Under the pieces are notes generated by a model. It saw only the letters and a list, made by a program, of their open reading frames with translations. It did no database searches and was not told where the DNA came from. This document shows positions 1 through 9,581 of a stretch of 64,000 nucleotides of DNA, piece by piece. The position numbers and the translations under genes are program-made. Position 1 is the stretch's first letter. Each line of letters begins with the position of its first letter. This stretch comes from Euprymna scolopes (taxonomy: Eukaryota): NCBI GenBank assembly GCA_053919585.1, contig CM132827.1; one strand, 5' to 3'.

Positions 1-169
1 CTATCAACGCTAGAAAGGACGTCCGGCATAGATCTCATAAAATATGCTTATATATTATATTTTAATTCTTGCAGATTTCATATATATATTATTATAGAGT
101 TAATGTTCTATCGACTTTTATATATTATAAAGCTGTGATTTTAAAAAAAATTAAAATATATATATATAT

Positions 170-420
170 ATCCATATGACTTGGGTACATCAGCTTGAAT
201 CAAAACCAAAATCAAAATTTATGAAAAAAATATATGTACATATATATAACTTGAGTTTCTTCAGCTATAATCGAAACCGAAACCAAAACTTATGAAGAAT
301 TCTTGGTAAAATCATTTATTACAAGAAATGGAAGTCCGTAACAATTAAACAACTGGAATTCGGATGTAAGCGTGACACACAGAATAAATAATACACACGC
401 TATCCTATTAATATATACAT
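170..420 (-). repeat. Degenerate interspersed repeat, probable Helitron-like 5' portion
   Basis: 340-418 (acaattaa...ttcggatgtaagcgtgacacac...atcctattaatata) recurs at 1453-1531. 178-225 and 248-297 are two diverged tandem copies. Confidence 0.5.
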
Positions 421-1430
421 AACAGTTTTTCTTCTTACTTCAGTAAAGCTACACACAATGGTGCAATGCCATACAAATAAATTGTTGTTTAAAGAAAGAC
501 TTTGTTCTCCTTATTTAATTAACTTTTTTTTTTATTATTACATTTTCACCCCAAACAAGGCACATTGCCACTTTGATGTAGGGGGCTACTATTAGGGACA
601 CAGGCTACAGGGGTACTAGGTGGGGAGTTGGGCAGCGAGATGTCGGTTCACATTACACTTGAACTTCTGCATGTCAGTACAGTTGGGAAAGCAGGAACTG
701 GCAGGGAGTTCCAAAGTCTAGCGGTTCTGGGTAAGAAACTACTGGAGTAGAAGGCTCTCTTACATCTAGGGATCTCAACTGTGAAGAGGTGGGATTTTGC
801 TGCTTGTCAGAGGTATTTACATAGAAGGGGTACAAGTGCTTGCAGCTTGTCAGAACATTCACCATTATAGTACTTGTAGAATAGGTACAGGGATGTTACA
901 TTGCGTCGATGGGACAGAGGCTGAAGCTTGGATGATATTTCAGGACCTATTAGGTTGGCAACTCTCTTTTGAACCTTGTCTAGGAGTGAGAGACTAGTAG
1001 CAGATGCACTGGCCCAAATATGACAACAGTACTCCATACATGGGCGAATGGTGGCCTTATAGAGGTATAGGATACTTTCAGGCATCAGTAGCTTTCTAGC
1101 ACGGTAGAGAGAACCTACTTTTTTTGTAGCGGTCCTAGCAATGTTCTCAATGTAATTGTTCCAACTCATGTTTCCTGTGAACGTTAGGCCGAGGAGTTTA
1201 AAAGATGTGCTTTCAGATAAAGAGTCTTTGGCCATTGCTATTGGTGGTAGAGAAGGTTTCTTGTAGTTATTGAAGGAAACCATTGAATGTGACCATCCAT
1301 TTTTGTCTCGATTCCACTACAGATTATTATAATTTATACAAAGATTAGTTCCTATACCTTTGCCAGGTGTGCTACGTATCTATTAACTACTTTTCGACCA
1401 AAAACATAAAGTGTGGCAGAGATGATTTCA
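421..1430. repeat. Unclassified repeat X, split by a LINE insertion (421-525 and 1318-1430)
   Basis: Both halves align colinearly to the uninterrupted copy at 3121-3340 (ggtgcaatgcc.tacaaataaattgttgttta ... aatttatacaaagattagttc.tatacctttgccaggtgtgct). Confidence 0.85.
524..1317 (-). mobile_element. 5'-truncated non-LTR retrotransposon, family A (CR1/L2 group), RT C-terminal region plus 3' UTR
   Basis: ORF 807-1283 has the KLLGLTF...SWN.YI and LYKATIRPCMEYCCHIW...LDKVQKR...LQPLSHRRNV motifs typical of LINE RT C-termini. T-rich tail at 524-540. The reading frame is disrupted. Confidence 0.9.
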
Positions 1431-1439
1431 AGTCCAAAC

Positions 1440-1530
1440 AATGAAGTCAATAACAATTAAATGAGAGTCATTCGGATGTAAGCATGACACACAAAATAAA
1501 TAACACACATGCAATCCTATTAATATAGAG

Positions 1531-1531
<1 letters not shown>
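1440..1531 (-). mobile_element. Helitron-like 5' terminus fragment
   Basis: Minus strand reads A|TCTCTATATTAATAGGATTGCATGTGTG. A second copy lies at 340-418. Confidence 0.45.

Positions 1532-1574
<43 letters not shown>
1531..1574. repeat. (ATT)n microsatellite
   Basis: Perfect ATT run. Confidence 0.98.
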
Positions 1575-1575
1575 G

Positions 1576-2256
1576 CCTATATATATAAAATGAACTCATT
1601 TTTCCCCCTCTGATTTTGATCTTAATAGGATTAAAAATCAAGACATTTCATGCAAATGTAATATGCACAAATTGCAGCACAATATCTGAGGGGTGTTATA
1701 GGCCTATTACCTCTCCACTTCCTTGATAATCGTAGATTCCTATATTTTTTCTGTTGAGAGTTCACTGCCAAAATCGGTTAAAAATCAATGGAGGTAGTAA
1801 AATCTTTTCTCTATAATAAATTCCTCCTTCCCTCGCCATCACTTTACACCATTGCAGGATCGTCCACAAGGGACAGTTATGAAAGAACACCGGTTTGGGG
1901 TTTCTTTACGTTGTAGTTGCTTAAAAAACCTGGAATGGACTTAACTGATTCGAAGGGTTATTTATGCCATTTTTTTTTTCTTTACTTTTTGCTGTGTTTT
2001 TTTGTTTTAGTTGTTCCGAACACGTTCATCATTTTTTCCTCTTTTGTTTTTCCGATTTCTTTTTTAAAGAAGTTTTATGTTTGTTCGCTGTTTTTGTTGG
2101 GTTTTCATTTCGCCGATTTTGTACAGAAGTTTACCATCGTTTTTTTATTTTTTTTTATTTAAACAGGGTTATTTACTTCGCTTTTTCTTTACTTTAACCC
2201 CTCCCCCTTACACACACACCTCCAAACAACCGGGCAACGCCGGGTACCCCCGCTAG
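1576..2256 (+). mobile_element. Non-autonomous Helitron-like element
   Basis: 3' end has the GC hairpin CCGGGCAACGCCGGG (2230-2244) followed by CTAG|T at 2253-2257. 5' end CCTATATATATAAAATGAA resembles a mutated TC-start terminus. No TSD seen. Confidence 0.7.
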
Positions 2257-2529
2257 TTATCAAATAATAATAAAATCTGGCTGATCACTCATATCATAAG
2301 TCACTTGAAGATGAACTGTTCCAGGAAAAAACTTTTTGGTGGCCAACATCTAGTAACTTTAATTCCTTTTAATTAAAGAAATTTTAAAATTTTATTTATT
2401 AATTTTTTGAAATGGAGTTGATGTCCAACCCCTATCGATTACCTTCTGTAACGCTAGTGACAATCATCAAACGATACATTACATTGACTAAAATATTAAT
2501 AACCTTCAATTAATCTATCTATTAATCTA

Positions 2530-3026
2530 TCTCCCTCTATTTTTCAGCGACGCGTTTACAATTTCATAGTGATCAAAACTTGATTCTTTACATTATGACC
2601 TTGAAAACATTGCGAACCCGTCTCTGCACTATCGTTGTTTTCATGGCGTTTGTATGAGCTTCAATCTATGTTCCCCGTCGTCAAACTTTCACAAAAAACA
2701 CTCGACTAGCAACAACCATTATTAACAATTCCCCCACTCTCTATCTGTGCCTAAATCTAAATGCAGATTCCATGAACAAAACTTTTTTCCTAGAACTGCC
2801 TGCCTGTGGAACTCTGTTCCACTTTCCGGCTGACTACAATATGGTCGTCTTCAAGTCCAGTGTAAACAAGTTCTTATTGAACCGGCCCCTTAAATTATCA
2901 AATTATACCTAATTTCAACAACGATTACTATGCTGTGTTCTGCAGTAACCACCATACACTCATTAACCCTCATCCTTGAGTGTCCTTCAGGCTTTGATAA
3001 GTAATGACTCCCCCGTGAAAAAAAAA
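2530..3026 (+). mobile_element. 5'-truncated LINE, family B 3' end
   Basis: Decayed frame reads NFFPRTACLWNS...FPADYNMVVFKSSVNKFLL, followed by a 3' UTR and A-tail at 3018-3026. Matches the reverse complement of 9334-9581. Confidence 0.8.
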
Positions 3027-3120
3027 TGAATAATTCAAATGGGTCAGACAGCTTAGTGCATAAGGCCACTGTTTTGGGGGGGGGGACATTTCGTCCAACT
3101 CGATAGCATTATGAATCATG

Positions 3121-3340
3121 ACATTTTTCCTTCTTACTTCAAGCAACCTACACTCAACGGTGCAATGCCGTACAAATAAATTGTTGTTTATAGAAGACCT
3201 TTGTTCTCCTTCATTTAATGAACTTTTTACCGATTCTTGTAATTTATACAAAGATTAGTTCATATACCTTTGCCAGGTGTGCTGTGTATCCATTAACTAC
3301 TTTTCAACCAAGAAACATGAACTGTGGTAGAGATAATTCT
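3121..3340. repeat. Unclassified repeat X, intact copy
   Basis: Matches 421-525 joined to 1318-1430. Confidence 0.85.
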
Positions 3341-3601
3341 CTTCATATACTGCTATTTCTATGGAGCTTATACCGAGTACCCTCCACAAAATGCCACCCA
3401 CGTGATCATTAATAAAATTCACAATCTTTTCTGTAATAATATTTAATACAAATAAACTTGTCAGTACCTGACTTGTCCATAAAGTTTGAGTCAAGCATGT
3501 TCAACAGTCTTCATTTTATTGCCCTTTAATGATTTTGTGGTCATTTTAGTGATCGATTCATCAGAAGCAGATGTGATTTTTATTTACATTAATCTAGAAC
3601 T

Positions 3602-4713
3602 GGCCCCCGCCCTGTGCGGCCCGGGCGACAAGATCAAAGTGTAGTATCTGTTCCGGCAGATACTGCAAGCTATGACTAGCTAGGACTAGCTATGACTAGC
3701 AAAGACCAGATGTGGGGGCAACCCCACATGCCTGACCTTTAACCAGCTCCCACTTCCCACCTCTCGGGAGCTGGTCCCCTTTTTCCCTTCCCCCTCCCTT
3801 CACTCCTCACATTAAAAATCGGCCTTGTGCCTAATTTGCTCAGTGGGGGAGCAAATAAATACCATCTGTTCCGGCAGATACTGCAAGCTATGACTAGCTA
3901 TGACTAGCAAAGACCAGATGTGGGGGCAAACCCACATGCCTGACCTTTAACCAGCTCCCATTTCCCACCTCTCGGGAGCTGGTCCCCATTTTCCCTTCCC
4001 CCTTCCTTCACTCCTCACATTAAAAATCGGCCTTGTGCCTAATTTGCTCGGTGGGGGAGCAAATAAATACCATCTGTTCCGACAGATACTGCAAGCAAAG
4101 ACCATATGTGGGGGCGACCCCACATATAAGACCTTGGTCAATGTAGGGGCAACCCTTCATACCAATTGTCACTATCCAGCTCCCCTACTCCCCGGGGAGC
4201 TGGGTCCCATTTCCCCTTCACTCCTCACATTAAAAATCGGCCTTGTGCCTAATTTGCTCGGTGGGGGAGCAAATAAATACCATCTGTTCCGACAGATACT
4301 GCAAGCAAAGACCATATGTGGGGGTAACCCCACATATCAGACCTTGGTCAATGTAGGGATCACCCTACAGACCAAAAGTTACTATCCAGTTCCAATTTCC
4401 CACCTCTCGGGAGCTGGTCCCCTTTTCCCTCCCCCCTCCCTCTCTCTCCACATTAAAAAATGGCCTTGTGCCTAATTTGCTCAGTGGGGAAGCAAATAAA
4501 TAACACTGCAAGCAAAGACCATATGTGGAGGTAACCCCACATATCAGACCTTGGTCAATGTAGGGATCACCCTACAGACCAAAAGTTACTATCCAGCTCC
4601 CATTTCCCACCCATTGGGAGCTGGTCCCCTTTTCCCTCCCCCCTCCCTCTCTCTCTCCACATTAAAAAACGGCCTTGTGCCTAATTTGCTCAGTGGGGAA
4701 GCAAATAAATATA
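3602..4713 (+). mobile_element. Non-coding retroposon-like insertion of five ~210-bp hairpin-rich tandem units, 17-bp TSD
   Basis: TACATTAATCTAGAACT occurs at 3585-3601 and 4714-4730. Units start at about 3646, 3864, 4072, 4282 and 4505, and each ends GGCCTTGTGCCTAATTTGCTC.GTGGGG.AGCAAATAAAT. Confidence 0.8.
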
Positions 4714-4744
4714 TACATTAATCTAGAACTTATTGCTTCTCAGA

Positions 4745-5267
4745 CATAAGGGACTACTGTTTATTAGCAGCCATATTTATAGAGGCATGATAATTGGGGA
4801 GTTGTGCAGCATGATATTTGTTCACATTACATTTAAATTGCTGCATGTCTGTACAATCAGAACAAAAAAGAGCAAGGAGGGTTTTCCAAAGACAATCCAT
4901 TTGTGAAAAGTTGTTATTAGTGTAAAACCTTGATAGGGAAGAAGGGGTAATTTTGCTGCTTGTCAGGTGGTCGGAAGTATTTATCTTGAGGAGGCATAAT
5001 GCAGCACGTTTGTTAGAACATATTACATTGAGTTATTTGTAAAACAAGTACAAGGATGCAATATTGTGGCAATGAAGCAGAGGCAAGAGCTTGGCAGACA
5101 GTGTGTGATCTATTAAATTAGATGCTCTTTTTTTTTCTTTTTTTTGGGGAGGCATATCTAGGAGAGAGAGGAAGAAAGGATAGTGGTTGGTACACCAGCC
5201 CAGATGTAATAACAATACTCCATGCCTGGGAAAATGGTGGCTTTGTCCAGATATATTTGCCAGGATA
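4745..5267 (-). mobile_element. Old decayed LINE family A fragment
   Basis: Colinear with 590-1075 (gttcacattac, ttttgctgcttgtcag, aacaatactccatg). Translated remnant LLPLLHCHNIASLYLFYK. Confidence 0.8.
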
Positions 5268-5719
5268 CTAGCAGTGAGGGGAGGGCGCCTGGCTTTGCCC
5301 GGGCATAAAATACGCTTAATTTTAATTTGACCAGATTTTGTATATATTATTATAGTCAAGCTTTCAAAATTTAAAAAAAAAAACGTATTTAGGTGCCATC
5401 AGCTAGACTCGAAACCAACACTGTTGCATTCAAAGCTGGTGACGTTACCACTGTACCAACGTGACATTAAAAATTAACGGATTAAAAATTAAAAATAAAC
5501 TAAGATGAATATACAAAATGTATAACGATTTTTTTTTCAATTTTGACCCATTTTTGACCCTTTAAAAACAATTTTAACTGGCTAAAGACTCATAAAAGAA
5601 TGGCCTGTAAAAAATCTAATCATTTGAGACCCCAGTGCTGCTCTGCAACTTTTAATTTTAGAGGAGATAGAATTTGAAAATACACAGACAGACAGACATA
5701 TAGCCGTTTATATATTAGA
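5268..5719 (-). mobile_element. Non-autonomous Helitron-like element
   Basis: Minus strand starts TCTAATATATAAACGGCTATATGTCTGTCTGTCTGTG and ends with the hairpin GCCCGGGCAAAGCCAGGC (5287-5304) followed by CTGCTAG|T. Confidence 0.8.
5391..5460 (-). pseudogene. tRNA-derived segment (pseudo-tRNA / SINE head) inside the Helitron-like element
   Basis: Minus strand GTTGGTACAGTGGTAACGTCACCAGCTTTGAATGCAACAGTGTTGGTTTCGAGTCTAGCTGATGGCACC has an A-box-like TGGTACAGTGG and a B-box-like GGTTTCGAGTC at tRNA-like spacing. The stems are degenerate. Confidence 0.55.
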
Positions 5720-5987
5720 CTAGCAAATGAGAGACGTTTTCTAGTCTGCATGCTGAATCAGCTTCTCAATCATCAGACTTATACCCTCAAGAATTTAATC
5801 TATAAGGTCATCATGTGTGAACTGAAGAAAGTTATTGCAGCTAACATTAGGGTAGTACCAAAAGATTGGTTTGATTTGGAATGTTTCATGGCAATGCGTT
5901 AGTTAATGCTCAATCAAATTGTAACAGAGCGCAGACACAAATATGAAATGCAAAATGACGTCACTTCAAGGAAAAAGGCCATTTAAA

Positions 5988-6257
5988 TGGTTCGTTGGTT
6001 GTTTTACGGCATATCAACCCTTTTCAGGTTATCTAATGCTGAATCCAAAGATTTTGAAGAAAAAATTTTTAATAGAATATATTTGTTGTTTTCAAGTCGG
6101 CTTCTATTTAACCCATAGCTGGGATCCTAACAGGTACTACCACTCCAGGTAGAGTGGACCTGGGAGCAATGGCAATTAAAGGGTGGCTCCACACTCCCCA
6201 AAGCCCACAAGCTGGGGCCTCACCACTGGATATAGTTTGAGGTCATATCCAGGACCA
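5988..6257 (-). mobile_element. SINE-like retroposon, 270 bp
   Basis: 10-bp TSD GCCATTTAAA at 5978-5987 and 6258-6267. (TGGT)-type tail at the left end. Highly similar copy at 10584-10857. Confidence 0.9.
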
Positions 6258-6489
6258 GCCATTTAAAAGAGAGACAACAAGTTACACAGACGATCACGTG
6301 AGAAACGTCACAGGCATAATAAGAAGTCATGTGTGGCGGGAGAATGAGGAAATAAATGTTTTTGCTGCACGAAAAAGTCAGTTCCAGTTATTCTTTGTCT
6401 TGACCTCCTTTCCGACATAGACTGCATACAACGTGTAGGTTCCATGTGTAACGTGTGTAACAGTACAAAATTATCGAATTGAATCGTTT

Positions 6490-6595
6490 CTATTATTTAT
6501 TTTATTTATTTGCGGACTATTATCCTCATCTCCTAGTTGTTGTTTCATGATGTTTCGGCCAATTATTCATATGGCCTTCGTCAGGTGGTTAACCA
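6490..6595 (-). mobile_element. Penelope-like element pLTR remnant with type I hammerhead ribozyme motif
   Basis: Minus strand CAC-CTGACGA-A-GGCCA(10-nt loop)TGGCC-GAAA-C-ATC-ATG at 6587-6546, followed by an A-rich tail. Confidence 0.7.
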
Positions 6596-6759
6596 CAACA
6601 GGATAGGAATGCCGAATCTCCCAACTGCATTTGCAGCAATTATTGCCCTCCATAGTTGTTTTCATCTCACCACGGCTTTTGGCCAACTCATCCTTTGGCC
6701 GTTTTTATTCATTAATTTTTTGTTATCGTTTCTATTCGCTATCTTTTTTATTTTTTAAC

Positions 6760-6925
6760 ATGGTTTCATTTGATTTCATTTGGTTGTTTTGTTTTATGGC
6801 ATAGTAACACTTTTGGGGTTATTTCGTGCTGGATCCAGTAATTTTGTTAAATGTTTTTCTTTTTGCTCCAAGTTCTTTATATCTTCAAATATTTATTTAT
6901 AGTGTTTGGTTTGATTGTTTTGTAA
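6760..6925 (-). mobile_element. SINE-tail fragment (second subfamily)
   Basis: gttttatggcata...ggttattt..tgctg.atcc is shared with the 5988 element, then tgctccaagtt.tttatatcttcaaat as at 7230-7345 and 8256-8432. Confidence 0.7.
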
Positions 6926-7229
6926 AGAAAAATTGTTTTAATTTTTTTAAGATGGTTTGATTTTATTTTGTTTATGTTAAAATGTTTTAGGTAAACATGT
7001 AAAGTATGACTCCCAGAATTTCGATAATCTTATTTAGAACTACGTGTAAGGACAATCAACCAATGAGAAGCCTCCAAACTCATTATAAAAATATCAAATT
7101 TTGGATGCAAGTAAGTTCACTATCAGTCCCTGTCTTGACACAACTGAACCACTGCTTATTGTAACCACATTGATTCTTTGCTGACTGGATTTACTGCCGC
7201 CATCTTTGTTCTACAGAATGGCTCAACAC

Positions 7230-7343
7230 TTAGTTTAGTTATTTTGTTTTATGGCATATCAACCCTTTTCAGATTATTTCATGCTGACTCCGATAATTTT
7301 GTTAAAAGGTTTTATGCTCCAAGTTGTTTATATCTTCAAATAA

Positions 7344-7402
<59 letters not shown>

Positions 7403-7425
7403 TGTTCTGTTTGGTTGGTTTGTTG
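7230..7425 (-). mobile_element. SINE-tail fragment (second subfamily) with internal (ATT)n at 7344-7400
   Basis: gttttatggcatatcaacccttttcag...atgctccaagttgtttatatcttcaaat, followed by a perfect ATT run. Confidence 0.75.
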
Positions 7426-7834
7426 AGGAATTTTTTTTTTGTTTGTTTTTAGTTTTGTAGAGCATGATTGTTGTATTTTTTACAAATAATCTTTTTTTTT
7501 AAGGAAATAAATAACATTAAAGTTTGGTGCATTTAAGCCAGGAAGCTGATATCTTCAGACCAAAAAGATGGTTTGAAGTTAAATTTTATTGAGGAGTTCT
7601 ATTTCTTTAATGAAATTTTAGATATGTGTTTTTGAACAGGTACTTTACACTATTTGAATTATATTGTTTTTTCTTTGTCAGAGATTATTACAGTGCATTA
7701 TTATATGTTTAACTGTCTGTGATTTTTTGACATGAAATAACCACTGGAGACTCTTTACCATTCAGTAAATGCAAGGTGAAGAGAGGATCATGTTAGAGCT
7801 ATTGAGAATTTTGCACATCATATCCAGATGTGCC

Positions 7835-8670
7835 TTTTGTTTTTATTGTTACTCTTGTTCTCCCAGACAAGGCATATTGCCACTGCGACTATGTCTACAG
7901 AAGACTATGTAAGGAGATGAACAAGATCATTATTTAAACTTCTGCACTGGTGTTACCAGATCAGGCTGTCTGAAAATGTTGGCTTCCTAAGATGAAATGT
8001 ACCTAACATTGATGTTTTTTTTTTATTTTTCTACTTCATTTTGCAAAACTTAATTGTATTCTGTAAAACCGAAAACAAAAACCACTTTCCACCTTTTCTT
8101 TCTTCCCATTTCCCCTTTTCTCTTTCTATCCCCCCCCACACTTCCTGACTGGTTTCCTAACTTAAAATGTACTAAACATTAATACTGTAACCCTTTTCCC
8201 ATTGCAAAACTCGTTCATGTTCTGCAGGGCAGGGAACAAAAACAATAAAATCCACTATAAAACAACCAAACCAAACACTACAAACTAACAATTGAAGATA
8301 CAAAGAGCTTGAAGAATAAAAACCTTCTTCAAAATAACTGGATGCAACATGAATACTATTTCCAAAATGACTGGATTCAGCATTAAATAACCCGAAAAGG
8401 GTTGATATGCCATAAAACAAGCAAACCAAATCAAACTTCTGCATATTAGTACAGTCAGGGAAGTAGCAAGCAGGGAGGGAATTCCAAAGTATAGCAAGCT
8501 GATAGAAGAAATTGTTAGAGTAGAAAGCTTTCTGGCATTTAGGGACCTCAACAGTGAAGTGGTGGAATTTTGCTGCTTGTTGTGTTGTATGTATGTTGAG
8601 GGCGCGCATGTGCTATGAGTTCATCAGCACACATTCCATTAAAGTACTTGTAAAACAGACACAGAGATGT
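7835..8670 (-). mobile_element. LINE family A 3' end (7835-7946 and 8433-8670), split by a SINE-like insertion
   Basis: caaggcatattgccact 3' UTR motif. Translated SLCLFYKYFNGMCADEL and EVPKCQKAFYSNNFF...LWNSLPACYFPDCTNMQKF. Confidence 0.85.
7947..8432 (+). mobile_element. SINE-like retroposon, 486 bp
   Basis: 11-bp TSD AAACTTCTGCA at 7936-7946 and 8433-8443. Ends with ggattcagcattaaataacccgaaaagggttgatatgccataaaac plus a CAAAC-type tail, the same tail as the 5988 and 10584 elements. Confidence 0.8.
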
Positions 8671-9126
8671 AATATTGTAATATTGTAATATTGTAACATT
8701 GTAATATTGTAATATTGTAACATTGTAATATTGCAATATTGTAATATTGTAATATTGTAACATTGTAATATTGTAATATTGTAATATTGTAACATTGTAA
8801 TATTGTAACATTGTAATATTGTAATATTGTAATATTGTAACATTGTAACATTGTAATATTGTAATATTGTAACATTGTAATATTGTAACATTGTAATATT
8901 GTAATATTGTAATATTGCAATATTGTAATATTATAACATTGTAATATTGTAATATTGTAACATTGTAATATTGTAATATTGTAACATTGTAATATTGTAA
9001 TATTGTAACATTGTAATATTGTAATATTGTAACATTGTAATATTGTAATATTGTAACATTGTAATATTGTAATATTGTAATATTACAATATTGTAATATT
9101 GTAATATTACAATATTGTAATATTGT
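8668..9126. repeat. 8-bp tandem repeat (TAATATTG/TAACATTG)n, about 57 units
   Basis: Read directly from the sequence. Confidence 0.97.
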
Positions 9127-9333
9127 ATCCGGTACCTTTACAAGGCCACCATTCATCCATGCATGGAGTATTGTTGCCACATCTGGGCTGGTGCATCTAC
9201 CACTAGTCTCTTCATCTTTGATAAAGTCCAAAAAAGAGTTGTCAATCTAATCGGTCCCACTTTATCAACTAAGCTCCAGCCCCGGTCCCATCACTGCAAT
9301 GTTGCATCACTGTGCCTGTTGTACAAATATTTT

Positions 9334-9581
9334 TTCTTTTTACAAAGGCATCACCACTTATCAAGGCCAAGACGCCACTCGAGGATAAGGGTTAAAGGGT
9401 GTACAGTAGACAATTGGACAATAAAGTAATCGTTAGTAATGGAAATTCGGTAAATTTGTTAACCTAAGTGGAACGGCTCATCAAAAACTTGTTTACGTTA
9501 GACTTGAAGACAACCATATTGTAGTCAGCTGGAAAGCAGGAAAACAAAAGACAATTCCATAGGCGTGCAGTTCTAAGAAAT
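9334..9581 (-). mobile_element. LINE family B 3' end nested in family A
   Basis: 9-bp TSD AAATATTTT at 9325-9333 and 9582-9590. Reverse complement of 2780-3026. Confidence 0.85.

Noticed and set aside
807-1283. Intact reverse transcriptase gene
   Set aside because: Only the C-terminal part is present, it is frameshifted, and the catalytic YADD region and endonuclease are missing.
1917-2197. Phe-rich membrane-protein ORFs
   Set aside because: T-rich low-complexity interior of a Helitron-like element.
3594-3627. Helitron 3' end on the minus strand (CGCCC...GGGCG hairpin then CTAG) for the 3602-4713 element
   Set aside because: The CTAG lies within the 17-bp duplicated target and is followed by A rather than T, and no TC start is found at the other end. 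Helitrons do not make TSDs. Kept only as a less likely alternative.
4035-4475. 146-aa ORF with internal repeat
   Set aside because: Arises from a 210-bp unit that preserves frame. The frame is not kept in the other units and there is no recognisable domain.
5391-5460. Functional tRNA gene
   Set aside because: Acceptor and anticodon stems pair poorly and the segment is embedded in a transposon.
8548-9231. 227-aa ILQYYNVT repeat protein
   Set aside because: Translation of the 8-bp minisatellite flanked by LINE remnants.
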